NCBI GenBank assembly: GCA_963802265.1
Contig: CAWDIC010000006.1
Coordinates: 11,889-75,888, forward strand
Length of the DNA stretch: 64,000 bases
Source: an uncultured delta proteobacterium
GTDB lineage: Bacteria; Desulfobacterota; Desulfobacteria; Desulfobacterales; CAWDIC01
Direction of reading: 5' to 3'
This document shows, in pieces, positions 19,349-30,572 of the stretch (its first letter is position 1; each line of letters opens with the position of its first letter). The notes under the pieces were generated by a model. It did no database searches and had not been told where the DNA came from. It saw only the letters and a list, made by a program, of their open reading frames with translations. The position numbers and the translations under genes were made by a program.

Positions 19349-21084
19349 ATGAAAATCATTGTCGCCAAAACTGCGGGTTTCTGCATGGGGGTACGCCGAG
19401 CGGTTGAAATGGCCCTGGATGCTCCCGGTAAGCACCCGCAACCGATCTATGCTTACGGCCCCCTGATCCACAATCCCCAGGTCTTGAAGCTTTTTGAAGA
19501 AAAAGGGATTTCCATATTACATGAGATTCCGGACCAGGGTGCCGGAACCGTTCTGGTACGGGCGCACGGTGTGCCGCCAGAAACCAAACAGGCTTTGCGC
19601 AAGGCCGGTTTCCATGTCATTGACGCCACCTGCCCACGCGTGATCAAGGTCCAGACGATCATCCGCATGCACGCCAAGCAAGGCTACGCGTCAATCATTA
19701 TCGGGGACCGGGACCATCCCGAGGTGATCGGCTTGCTGGGGTATGCCGGTGAAATGGGGTATGTGGTCGGATCGCAATCCGAGCTGGAAGCCCTGCCGGT
19801 TTTCGACCAGGCAATCGTCGTTGCGCAAACCACACAGAGCACGCGCTTTTTCAGGGATGTCAAGGCATGGTTCGGGCGTAAATTTCCGCATTACAAGGTC
19901 TTCGATACGATTTGTGATTCCACCGAGAAGCGCCAACAGGAGGCCTATCAGATGGCGCGCCAGGTGGATGCGCTCGTCGTGGTGGGCGGACATGCCAGCG
20001 GCAATACCAATCGTCTGGCCGAGATCGTCGAGCAGACCGGTAAACCAGCCTACCACGTCGAGACCGAGGCCGAACTGGACCTGGAGGCCTTGGGAAATAC
20101 CCACAGCATCGGTATTACGGCGGGTGCGTCAACACCCAATTGGGTAACCAAACGCGTTTTCCGAGCCCTGGAGGCCATCCCCGTGCAGCAAGCCGCCGGC
20201 TGGCGCGGTCTTTTTTTCAAGCTACGGCGCGTGCTGCTCTTGACCAATATTTATGTGGCGCTGGGTGCCGGGTGCTTGTGCTTTACGTGTACCAAGCTGC
20301 AAGGCATAAGACCTTCCCCTTTGCTCGTACTGATTGCTTTTCTTTACGTTCTGTCCATGCACACCTTGAACCATCTGACCGGGACGCAGGCCGACCGGTA
20401 CAACGATCCGGACCGGGCTGCCTTTTACGGAGCAATCGCATCGGCTTGACGCTGCTGGCAATCGTGGCCGGTGCCGCCGGGTTGCTTACCGCCTATGCTA
20501 TCGGAACCCTGCCCTTTCTGGCCCTGCTGACCATGAGCGTTTTGGGCCTGTCTTACAATTTAACGCTGATCCCGGCGGGCTTGCAAAGTTGGTTTAAATA
20601 CCGACGCATTCGTGATGTGCCTGGATCCAAAACGGTTCTGATCGCTGTTGCCTGGGGTGTTGTAACTTCCATTTTTCCGGCTCTGACGGTAACCGGTGAA
20701 GTGGGCACAAGCAGTCTGCTGGTGTTTTTCTGGTCGATGTGCGTGGTTTTTGTTCGAACAGCGTTTTTCGATGTGCTCGACATGCAGGGGGATCGCATCG
20801 TCGGCAAAGAAACCATCGCCGTTTTGCTGGGAGAGTGGCGGTCAATGCAGCTTTTGAGTTCCTTGGCCATCGATTAGTCTGGCAGCCCTCCTTCTGGGCT
20901 GTGCGTGCAGCTCTTTACCAACCTCGGGGTTCTTCTGACCGTCAGCCCGCTTACCATGCTGTTGATCCTGAGTGCCTATAACCAGGGCTATCTGCTCCCA
21001 GGTGTGCGGCTTGAGTTTTTGGTCGACACACACTTTGTAATCGCAGGATTGGTGACGCTGCTGTGGTTGCTGATCGGCGGATGA
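19349..21084 (+). CDS. ispH: IspH (HMBPP reductase) fused in frame to a UbiA-family prenyltransferase membrane domain; three frame breaks in the UbiA part
   Basis: The IspH domain is complete, with cluster Cys residues in GFCMGV, ATCPRV and TICDST. The same ORF (19349-20449) runs another ~85 aa into TM helices and LNHLTGTQADRYNDPDR. The next piece carries FFDVLDMQGDRIVGKETIAV (UbiA second Asp-rich motif). The end is TGA at 21082-21084. Confidence 0.8.
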
Positions 21085-21176
21085 GTTCCCAGGCTATCAG
21101 TGGTTGTCGTGGAGGCGGGTCGGCCGGGTGCATGTAAAACAAAAGCGCCATATGCACCGTAAGCTTGGTTGCGCTG

Positions 21177-21791
21177 TTAAAGCTCGGGTTCCCGGCCGGA
21201 TAGCAGCCGCTTGATATTGTCGCTGTGGCGATAAACAATCAAGGCGGCAATCAAGGCGGCACACACGGTTGTTGCTGGCGTTCCGGAGGCTTTCCAGACG
21301 GCCAGCGGCAGAACGGCGGCGGCCGCAAGCGAGGCGACCGAGACACGGTTGTACCAGCAGAGGCCCAGGGTAAAAACAAGCAAGGCGACCAGCGCGGCCC
21401 AGGGTGACAGCACCAGAAAACATCCCGCCGCAGTGGCAACACCTTTGCCGCCGTCTTTGAATCCCAGATAGATTGGATAAAGATGTCCGCAAAAGGCCGC
21501 CAGGGCAACCAGCGCTGTATAGACTTCTCGGCCGGGCAATGCTTCAGGTAGCAGGCACAGGGCCAGATAGACGGGTAGGGCCCCTTTTAAAAGGTCACCA
21601 CCCAGGGTGAGGGCGCCAAGGAGGTTGCCCGCCGTTCGACGGACATTGGTGGCACCGATGTTGCCGCTGCCCTGTTTGCGAATGTCCATGGTGGTAAAAC
21701 ATTTGGTCAGGACCAGGCCGAATGGAATGGCGCCGGACAGGTAAGCCACCAGGACCAGCAAAATCACTTTCAGGGTGACGATCAATTCCAT
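21177..21791 (-). CDS. plsY: Glycerol-3-phosphate acyltransferase PlsY
   Basis: Intact 204 aa with SGAIPFG and GSGNIGATNVRR motifs. Polytopic membrane protein. Confidence 0.9.
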   Translation of the reverse strand: MELIVTLKVILLVLVAYLSGAIPFGLVLTKCFTTMDIRKQGSGNIGATNVRRTAGNLLGALTLGGDLLKGALPVYLALCLLPEALPGREVYTALVALAAFCGHLYPIYLGFKDGGKGVATAAGCFLVLSPWAALVALLVFTLGLCWYNRVSVASLAAAAVLPLAVWKASGTPATTVCAALIAALIVYRHSDNIKRLLSGREPEL

Positions 21792-21829
21792 ATCCCGTAG
21801 AACCTTTCGTATCGAGAGCCGATGAATCT

Positions 21830-22096
21830 ATGGAACCAATTGTAATGCCGATTGAAGATGTTCTTGACCTGCACACCTTTCGGCCCCAAGAGATTCCGGA
21901 CCTTTTGGACGATTATCTGAGCGCTTGCCGTGAGGCCCAAATCCTATCCGTCCGCATTGTTCACGGCAAAGGCCGGGGTGTGTTGAAAAAGCGGGTTCGG
22001 GCTATATTAAAGCATCATCCCCTTGTCATGTCCCTTGCGGATGCCCCTCCTGAGGCCGGTGGCTGGGGGGCGACCATCGTCGAACTGAAGCGCTGA
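21830..22096 (+). CDS. Smr-domain protein
   Basis: Intact 88 aa with the Smr block VRIVHGKGRGVLKKRVRAIL. Confidence 0.75.
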   Translation: MEPIVMPIEDVLDLHTFRPQEIPDLLDDYLSACREAQILSVRIVHGKGRGVLKKRVRAILKHHPLVMSLADAPPEAGGWGATIVELKR

Positions 22097-22102
22097 TGTC
22101 CA

Positions 22103-23132
22103 TCACCAGCGAAGTGCCGCAGCGCCAAAGGCACGGGCGCGTGCGACCCATCCCAGCTTTAAGAGGCTTCGCGCGTTGAGCTTGAGGTCGTCGAGCGGGA
22201 CCATGATCTTGTTGACCCGGTTCGCAGGCAGCAGAAAAGGGAATTCGTTTTCGGATGAAAGCGCCGGGTAAGGCCCGTTTTCCGAATCCTGTGGTGCAAA
22301 CAGCGTGAGTGTGTATTCTTGCAGCCCTTGAAGCGCCAGCGTGAATATGGGTTTCTGCAGGTCGTCCTTGGTCCGATCGTAAAGATATTTGTCACAGTTG
22401 AGACGCGCCAGGGTGTTCAGCAGGTTTTTGATTTTGGCAGGCATCTAGTTTTACCCCTTCCGCCGTTTGCCAAAGTGGTTCCGGCGCTTGATCCGAGGCC
22501 GCTTGGTCTTGGTTGCCGGGCTTGACTTCCACCGGGACCTGGCTCCGGGTGATCAGGGTTTCCGTGTCTCCGCTGTGCCAGCCTGATTGCTTGGATGGTG
22601 TCGGCTTCAAAGGCCAATACTTGTTTATCGTGCAGGCTATCAATGGTCTGTTCGAATTTGGGGCGGAAGTTTTCACGGGCATGGTAGACCCGGTCATCAC
22701 CAGCGATTTTGATAAACGTGTGCCGAAACGAGGAGGCGGCTTTACCGATTTCAAAATCGCGTTTGAGGCGTATCTCCGGCCCAGGCTTTTACATGAATAC
22801 GTTTGTCCGGCTGCAGGTCGTAGCGTTCATAATTTTTTGATTCGGAGACCATGGCAGTCAGTGTCAACCCATCCAAAACACGCGAGCATGTCTTGGATGC
22901 GGCTGGCCGTGACCGGATACCCCTGAGGGGCTATTTCCCATTGTTCACCTGCTTTTGACAAAATCAACGTTTTGTCCGGCTGGATGATTTCGAGCTTGGT
23001 CAGGTTGTCCGCCGTCAAGGGCGGCAGTACCGGCAACTGGTAATGCGTCCGGTCGGTTTTATGCAGCAAGAGGTACAGCGACAACAGGCCGATAACTGCT
23101 ATCAGGATTACGTATTCGACTTTTATCTTCAT
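22103..23132 (-). CDS. DUF4340-domain protein (last gene of the GldG-type ABC operon); about three frame breaks
   Basis: The N-terminal TM helix is MKIKVEYVILIAVIGLLSLYLLL (ATG 23132, RBS GGGGGA). Pieces 22827-23279, 22392-22754 and 22103-22444 are colinear. The position after gldG is typical for DUF4340. Confidence 0.6.
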
Positions 23133-23145
23133 AAGTCCCCCATCT

Positions 23146-25351
23146 TTACTTTTGAAACATCGCTTGAATACGCTTCTTACGCGAATGACGGCGCAACCAG
23201 ACACCCAGGCCGAAAAGGACCACCAGAATCGGGAGGCCGGCGATGTTGAAGGTCTTGACGAACGTTTTGGTCCCGGCATCGGTGTCGTCCAACGGATTGA
23301 AGCGCTGGGCTTTACTACGCATGACCGCGACTGTCTTCCCGCCCGTTCAGATAATCAATGATGTTCATGATGAACATGTCGTTGGGGTTACGTCCTTCGG
23401 CGTCGATGACGTTGTCTTTGATCATTTCAGTCGAGGCCAGGAGGAAAATTTTACCCGGCTGGCCCTGGGCCACAAAGGGGCGCTGGTCTTTGATTTTGGA
23501 CAACTCGGCGGAAGCCGGTTTTTCAGAGCCGTCGGAGGTCAGCGCTTTTTGCGGATCATCTGTTTCAACAATTTTTTCGGGCAACGGTTTGCCGGCAAAA
23601 TAGCTGGGGAAAGCCCCTTCAATCAGATAGGCCAGTGGAAAGGACTTTTGTTTTTCACCGGCTTGGGGCGGTCGTATAAACATGGGATTTAGGTTGATTC
23701 GTCCTTTCATTTCCCATGACTTTTCGGAAGAAGAAAAGAGCGGGGTCGCCTTAAGGCCGTTGGCTTTGATGCGATTGAGGTCGAGGGTCAAGGGGTGAAA
23801 GCTTGACGGCGATCAGACCCTTGATGTTCTGCATGAAGGCCAGGTCGTTGTTGATGTTTTTGTTTCTGATCAGAGGGTGCGAAATAGATCGGCCTTTCCC
23901 CACCGCCGAATTGGGCGCCCATCTTTTGTTTATAGCAGTTTTCATCCATGACCAGCGATTGGTTGATGCTGAATGCCGTAATGGGCCAGCAGTTTTTCGA
24001 GGCCCGTTTTAAGGGGCAGGTAGGTGGGCCCCTGCATGCCCATGTTCATGCGTTGTTGTTGATCCGGCATGACCTCCTTGAAGGCATCCAGGAAAATGGC
24101 CAGACTTTTACCTTGCATCAGGAACTGATCGATTAAAAACAGATCATGGTCGCTGAGGGGTTCCGTCGGTCCTGGAATAACCAGACACTGCAGGCTGTCC
24201 GGCAGGCCTTCCTCGGCCAGATCGATGGCTTTGATCGAATAGTTCTGGGAGGCCAGGGCGTTGAAGCTGCGCTGAGCTTCGGCAGCCTGCTGGCCGGGGG
24301 GGCTGGCGGGGCCGAACCGGTCAGGTCAACGCTACCAAAACCGGTTAAAAGGCCCAGGTCCTGGTTGATATCGATCAGTGCTTCCAGGCCGCTGTTGATG
24401 ACCGTCTTCCATCTGATCCAAATTGGACAGCTTGTACTGGGTTCCGATGATCGGAATTTTGAAAACCTGAATCAGCGGGATGTTAACCGCTTTTTGCTGG
24501 TATTCCATCACCAGGCCGGCATAGCCTTTGCCGGCCGCGATATTGCTTTTTTGTAAAGCGGGCCAATTGAGCTGCAGGATTTGATAGCTCTGGGCAACTT
24601 CCTCCAGGCTTGGATCGCGCGAGGGGTCTAAGAAGCGATAATCGAGCTTACCGTAAGTTTTTCCGTTGGCGCTCTGGACAATCCGTTCAATTCGGGCAGG
24701 TACTTCAGGCAGTTGATTCAGTCCCATAAAAGGGGCCACCCGGTTAAGCGAAGAAGATAGAAACAGCTTAACGTTGATTTTATCCGGCAGCGCCAAAAGG
24801 GCACTGACTTTGTTGTTCAGTTTTTGAATGGCGGTTGTCAATTTATATTCCAGCCCGTCAGTATTCAGGATGTTCGGTACCTTTTCGATAATGTCACCAT
24901 GGATCAAAACCAACCCCATGTAGGCCTTCAAAAATTTGACTTCATCTTTTTCAATGGCCTGAATCTGGACCGGAAAAATGCCGTAGTCTTTGGCCAGGTC
25001 CTGGTTGCGTTTGGTCTCGGGGCTCACATCCCCTTCATCGGGATTGACATCGTAAAAGCGATAATTGAAAAACTGATTGGCATGGTAGGCGTATTCTTCC
25101 AGCAGATCATGCAGGTAGCGTTCGGTATTGTTGTGCGGAGCCGGCAGATTTTTGGTAAAAAAGACATTGATTGTAAGGGGTTCCGAAAGGGTGGCGACAA
25201 CCTGGCGGCTGGCGTCAGAGATCGAATAGACCTTGTTTGCGGTCAGATCCATCCGGAAAAAGAGGGTCAATCCGACGAGGTTGATCAACACCACAATTGT
25301 CAGATAAACGGTGAATTTGATATACTTTCCTGAAAACTGTGAAAACCTCAT
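23146..25351 (-). CDS. GldG-family ABC-transport auxiliary protein; several frame breaks
   Basis: N-terminus MRFSQFSGKYIKFTVYLTIVVLINLVG...DLTANKVYSIS (24332-25351). The later piece is 23315-23791. A C-terminal TM anchor ends at TAA 23146-23148. Confidence 0.75.
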
Positions 25352-25360
25352 AGATTCTCC

Positions 25361-26065
25361 TTAATATTTTTCCTGCATGGCCAAATGGGCCCCGTAAAGT
25401 CCGATAAAAATCACACTGATGAAATAAACAACGTCCCGACTGTCGATGATGCCCTTGGCGATATTACGAAAATGAAAATCAGCGCCCAGATAGGCCGCAA
25501 AGCCGAGGATGTTTTGGGGCAGGACCATGAGCATTTTGTCGATCAGGGTCAGGCTGAAACAAATGGCCATGCCGATAATAAAAGCGATGATCTGGCTGCG
25601 CGTCAACGATGAGGCAAAGAGCCCGATCGCCGTAAAGGCAGCCCCCAGAAAAAGGGCCCCGAGGTAGCCGCCCAGAACCGGACCCCAGTCCAGATCGCCT
25701 AAAAAAGATACCGTTAGCGGATAGGCCAGCGTCGGTATCAGCATACAGGCGATAAAGGCAACACCGGCAAAAAATTTACCTAAAATAACATCGCGAAACC
25801 GCACCGGCAGGGTCAGCAGTAGTTCATAGGACCCGACATTCAGCTCTTCGGAAAAGAGTTTCATGGTAATGGCCGGGACGACAAAGGCGAAGGTGATGGG
25901 CAGCAGGCCGAAAAAATTGCGCAAGTTGGCCTGATCGAACAGAAAGAAGGTTGAAAAAAAGAACCACCCCGTCACAATCAAAAAGATCGCGATGACGATA
26001 TAGGCGATGGGGGAGATAAAATAGGTTTTGAATTCTTTTTTAAAAATATAAATCACCTGACGCAT
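25361..26065 (-). CDS. ABC-2 type permease (GldF-like)
   Basis: Starts at MRQVIYIFKKEFKTYFISP (ATG 26065, 1 nt after the ATPase stop). About six TM helices. Confidence 0.8.
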   Translation of the reverse strand: MRQVIYIFKKEFKTYFISPIAYIVIAIFLIVTGWFFFSTFFLFDQANLRNFFGLLPITFAFVVPAITMKLFSEELNVGSYELLLTLPVRFRDVILGKFFAGVAFIACMLIPTLAYPLTVSFLGDLDWGPVLGGYLGALFLGAAFTAIGLFASSLTRSQIIAFIIGMAICFSLTLIDKMLMVLPQNILGFAAYLGADFHFRNIAKGIIDSRDVVYFISVIFIGLYGAHLAMQEKY

Positions 26066-26066
26066 G

Positions 26067-27003
26067 CTAATTCTCCCTGGTAAGGTTGCGGAATATGTTT
26101 TCAAGGGATTGAGTTTCCTGATAAAATTCGAGCAAAGTCCAATCGGTTTGTTTGATGGCCTGATAGATGGTTCCGCGCAGGTCAAGGGCCGAACGGCAGG
26201 TCACGGCGATGTTCAAGAGCCCGTCATTTTCGGATTGCAGTTCAACTTCTTTGACATCGGCGATGGCGGTCAAGAGCGACTGCACCTGTGCTTCGGCCGC
26301 ATCCTGCAGCACGAGGTGGATGAGGCTGTCCTGGCCTTGCGGTCTGCTTGAGGCTTTCGGCATTGCCGTCGGCAACGATTTTACCTCTGTTGATGATGAT
26401 GACCCGATCGCAGGTCGCTTCCGCTTCACTGAGGATGTGGGTCGATAGAATGATGGTCTTCTCGCGGCCGACACGACGAATAATTTTTCGAATTTCAACG
26501 ATTTGGTTCGGGTCCAGACCGGAAGTCGGTTCATCGAGGACCAATATCTCAGGATCGCTCATCATGGCATGCGCCAGGCCGACGCGCTGCTTGTAGCCCT
26601 TGGAAAGTTCGGCGATCGGTTGATGCATGACCTCGTTCAGGCCGCACAGATCGGCCAGGTATTTGATGCGGGCCAGCCGATCCTTGGGGGCGATCGCCCG
26701 GATGGCGGCCACATAATCCAGGTAGTCATATACGATCATATCATGATACAAGGGGGCGGATTCGGGAAGATAGCCTAAGAGGTTTTTAATTTCAACCGGA
26801 TGCTCGTCAATGCGATAATCCTTAACCCGCACAGTACCGGAAGAGGGGCGCAGAAATCCGGTCAGCATTCGTAAGGTGGTTGTTTTCCCGGCACCATTGG
26901 GGCCGAGTAACCCCAGGATTTCACCTTTGGGGATGTCGAAGGTGATCTGATCCACCGCGCAGAGGTCTTTGTAATATTTGGTCAGATTTTCGACATGAAT
27001 CAT
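26067..27003 (-). CDS. ABC transporter ATP-binding protein (GldA-like); one frame break
   Basis: Walker A GPNGAGKTT, signature LSKGYKQR, Walker B LVLDEPTSGLD. Pieces 26242-27003 and 26067-26534. Confidence 0.9.
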
Positions 27004-27137
27004 GATTATTTCCTTTTCTTGAGATAGCGTCTACGAATAATGGGCCAAAGCGGATTGATCCTCCCGCAAGCAAAAGTGCTTTCGCGAGGAGAAATATTTA
27101 GAAAAATGTGCATGAAATGTCAAGTTTCAAGGCAGAT

Positions 27138-27172
27138 AAAAAAAGCGGTTTCGGAAAGATCCGTAACCGCTT
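27138..27172 (-). terminator. Rho-independent terminator after tRNA-Ala
   Basis: On the minus strand: AAGCGGTT-(14-nt loop)-AACCGCTT followed by T7. Confidence 0.65.
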
Positions 27173-27180
27173 GATTTTTT

Positions 27181-27256
27181 TGGTGGAGCTGAACGGGATC
27201 GAACCGTCGACCTCATGACTGCCAGTCATGCGCTCTCCCAGCTGAGCTACAGCCCC
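27181..27256 (-). tRNA. tRNA-Ala: tRNA-Ala (anticodon GGC), CCA encoded
   Basis: Hand-folded 76-nt sequence GGGGCTGTAGCTCAGCTGGGAGAGCGCATGACTGGCAGTCATGAGGTCGACGGTTCGATCCCGTTCAGCTCCACCA. The G3:U70 Ala identity pair is present. Confidence 0.95.
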
Positions 27257-27385
27257 GTCATCGTAGGGGCAATTAACAAAAACCATGGGAGGTGTCAACG
27301 GTTATTTTGGGGGTGGAGCAGCGCTGTCAATGGCCGGCGTTTGAACTGATGATCAGAGTCGGCGTGCAACCTGCGCGAAATATTA

Positions 27386-27414
27386 TTGACAAAATCGGTG
27401 ATAAAAAATATTAT
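27386..27414 (+). promoter_or_regulatory. Candidate sigma70 promoter for ppiD
   Basis: TTGACA (27386-27391), an exact 17-nt spacer, then TATTAT (27409-27414), about 130 nt upstream of ATG 27543. Confidence 0.5.
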
Positions 27415-27542
27415 AGATAGTTTAAAAGTTTGTAATGGTCTGAATACATGACATGTTTTGGTTCCGGCGCTAGAAGCGGGCCGGTGATTAACCAAAAATT
27501 AACCATCGAATGATTTCTGATATCATATAGAGGTGATAAATA

Positions 27543-29438
27543 ATGCTCAGGTTGATGCGGGACTATGCGACGAGTTGGATGATCAAGTTTATTTTGGGAG
27601 CAATCGTTATTGTTTTTGTGTTTTGGGGCGTGGGTAGTTTCCGGTCACAGAGGGCCGGCCGGGTTGCCAGTGTGAATGGTGAAACGATTACGTTGGAAGA
27701 GCATCGCGAAGCCTTTAATAACCTGCTCGAACAGATGCGACAGCAATTCGGTAATAATTTAAACGACGATTTAATCAAAACATTAAACCTCCAACAGCAA
27801 GCCCTTGACCGTCTCATAAACCGCAAGCTGCTGCTACAGAAAGCCCAAAAACTTAATTTGCAGGTTTCGGACAAGGAATTGGCTGATGCCATCACCGCCA
27901 TTGAGGCTTTTAAGGCGGCCGGTGTTTTCAACAATCGTCAATATCAACGCGTATTGAGCAATTACCGCTTGACGCCGGAAGCATTTGAACAGCAGCAAAA
28001 GCAATCCATGCTGATTGAAAAACTAAGTGCGTTCATTTTCAGTGAAGTCAAGGTCTCGGACGCTGAGGCGCTGGATTGGTTCAACTGGCAGAATGCAACG
28101 GTCGATTTGGATTTTATTTTGATCGAACCGGGACGCTATACAGAGATCGCGCCCGAAGCTGCCGCAATTGATGCTTATTTTGAAGAAAATAAAGAAAACT
28201 ACAAAACCGAACCTCAGCGCAAAGCACGCTATCTTTACTTTGATCCAAAGGTCTACGAACCCCAAGTCAAATTGATCGAGGAAGAGATTCAGGATTATTA
28301 TACCGCGAATCATAGAGGCGTTCAAACAACCACAGACGGTTGAAGCAAGGCATATTCTGATCAAGGTGAGCCAGGATGCAACGCCGGAACAGGTCGATAG
28401 CGCTCGCCAAAAGGCAGCCGACATTCATGCCAAAGCAGTTGCGGGTGAAGATTTTGCCGAGCTGGCAAAGACCTATTCCGAGGGGCCGACCAAAGACAAG
28501 GGCGGCTATCTCGGGACGTTTGAACGTGATCGCATGGTCAAGCCGTTTGCTGATAAAGCCTTTGCCATGTCGGCCGGTGAGATCAGTGAGCCAGTAAGGA
28601 CCCGTTTTGGCTGGCATGTGATCAAGGTCGAGCAAGTCAACCCAGCATCGACAGCGACACGCCAGGAAGCTGAGCCGGAGATCAGAAAAAAGCTGACCGA
28701 GCGGAAAGCCAAAACCGTTGCCTACGATGTGGCCGAAAACCTGCTGGACCGGTTTTATGACGCCGATGACCTGTTAGAACTGGCGGAGGAGCCGGATGTT
28801 CGTGTTGCGACCACGTCCTTCTTTACACGTACCCAAGGCCCGACCAAGGGGTTTCAGACAGGGCGCAGTTCGCCAAAGTCGCTTTTGAATTGGCAGAAAA
28901 GGATGTCAGTGACATCCAGGAGTTTACTGATGGTTATTACATTATCCAGGTGATTGAATTGCTGCCGCCGCGTGTGCCCGACCTGGATACCGTGCGCGCA
29001 AAAGTCCGAGAAGATCTGATTAAAGTGCAGCAAGAAGAAATGGCCCAACAGACGGCTGATGAATTGTTGGCAGCTGTAAAAGGGGGGGCGGCTCTGGAAG
29101 AAGCGGCCGCGAAGCAGAATTTAGCGGTGATGACGACGGGTTCTTTTAAACGCAGCGGCGCCATACCGCAAATCGGCTATGAGCGCGAAATCGCTACCCA
29201 GGCGTTCCTGTTGTCGGCACCTGGGGACATTGGCCAGGACGTCTACAAAGGCAAGAATGGATTTTACCTCATGCGGTTGCGTGAAAAAAAATTACCTGAT
29301 CGTGCTGGATTCGAAAAGGAAAAAGCGAATATTGAGCAAACCCTGTTGCAACAGAAGCGAAGTCGGACTTTTAACGAGTGGCTGGAACAACTCAAGGCGC
29401 AGAGTGAAATTCTTATCACTAAAAAGTTTTCAGAATAG
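27543..29438 (+). CDS. ppiD: Periplasmic chaperone / peptidyl-prolyl isomerase PpiD-like; two frame breaks
   Basis: N-terminal TM helix (MLRLMRDYATSWMIKFILGAIVIVFVFWG), a SurA-N-like region, and a parvulin block ARHILIKV...FGWHVIKVE. Pieces 27543-28343, 28366-28953 and 28890-29438. Confidence 0.85.
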
Positions 29439-29503
29439 TTTGGATCGATCCATAAATGGTTATTTCGCGCCGTTGTTGACGCGTCGCAAGAGGGAGGGTC
29501 GCG

Positions 29504-29734
29504 TTGGGAAATCATCAAAAGAGCAAAGAAGCTTACCAAACCAAAAAATGTCCCGAGTGCTTCACACACCTTCCATTAAATGCAGAAAAGTGTACGGTCT
29601 GCAAAACGCCGGTTGCCGAGGTCAATCGGCATGGCACGGCCAAAAAGCCGATTGACTGGCGCGGTTATTCGCTCTGTTTTCTGGCGTGGTTGATTCTGGG
29701 GATTTATATCTGGTGGGCTTTCTTGAAGGACTGA
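29504..29734 (+). CDS. Zinc-ribbon membrane protein, function unknown
   Basis: 76 aa with a TTG start and GGGAGGG RBS. CPEC...CTVC zinc ribbon followed by one TM helix. Confidence 0.5.
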   Translation: MGNHQKSKEAYQTKKCPECFTHLPLNAEKCTVCKTPVAEVNRHGTAKKPIDWRGYSLCFLAWLILGIYIWWAFLKD

Positions 29735-29891
29735 GCGGCCGAAGACGATTGCGGACACGGCTCAAAGCGGCAAGCTTTAGGAACGCGTTGATTTGTTATG
29801 AGCGGGCGCTTAGCCGTCGTCTGTTTTACCCCGGGGTTCGTACGCGCCTTCGTTGTTTCTAACAAGAGTGGTTGTCATGCACATGTTCCGC

Positions 29892-29935
29892 TAGAGCCAC
29901 GGCTGAGGGAACCTGTTTTTTAAAAAGGCATATCA
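29892..29935. repeat. Solo copy of the ~45-nt arm of the palindromic repeat family seen at 59.3 kb
   Basis: TAGAGCCACGGCTGAGGGAACCTGTTTTTTAAAAAGGCATATCA aligns with the reverse complement of 59423-59469, TAGAGCCACGGCCTGAGGGGCACCCTATTTTTTAAAAAGGCATATCA. Confidence 0.75.
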
Positions 29936-29982
29936 CTATAAAACCTGGCCGTGGTCCTGTTAATCAGGAGGCCCGAACGACG

Positions 29983-30547
29983 ATGTTAAAATTAACAGCA
30001 CGGGATAAGCAATTTTTGCTTGCTTTGGCCCGATCAACGGTGGCGGCCCGGTTGAATGCCGGAGCGCAGATTACGCCACCAGCGAACCTTTCTCCCGTCG
30101 TGCATGAGGCCAGAGGTTGTTTTGTGACGCTGCATAAAAATGGGCGTCTTGCGCGGGTGTATTGGCACAATTGAACCGATGCTCCCATTGGTTGAAGGGG
30201 TTGCTGAAAATGCGATCAATGCCGCTTTCCATGACCCCCGCTTTCCGCAGTTAGAAAACGACGAGCTATCCCAAGTCGCATTTGAAATTAGTGTTCTGAC
30301 GGTTCCGCGTACAGTAGCTTTCACTGATGGGGAAGATCTGAAGCAAAAACTTAAACCGGGCGTGCACGGCGTTATTTTATCCCGCGGTCGATTGCGATCT
30401 ACTTTTTTACCGCAGGTGTGGGAGCAACTCCCTGATCCAGACTCGTTTTTAGGACACCTTTGCCAAAAAGGAGGCCTGGAAAGTCATTGCTGGCAGGACA
30501 CCCGCACGACGGTCCAGGTCTATGAAGCCGAGTATTTTGGAGAGTAA
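29983..30547 (+). CDS. AMMECR1-domain protein (AmmeMemoRadiSam system protein A-like); one frame break
   Basis: GCFVTLHKNGRL(R)GCIGTIEP is the AMMECR1 signature. Pieces 29872-30174 (true ATG 29983) and 30140-30547. Confidence 0.8.
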
Positions 30548-30572
30548 TTAAAAACCTTTCTTTGCGAGCGCT

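Noticed and set aside
22103-27003. The gldA/gldF/gldG-like operon might indicate Bacteroidetes-type gliding motility.
   Set aside because: The four-gene cassette (ABC ATPase, ABC-2 permease, GldG-like, DUF4340) is widespread in non-gliding bacteria. No other gld or spr genes are present. I treat it as a generic ABC exporter with auxiliary proteins.
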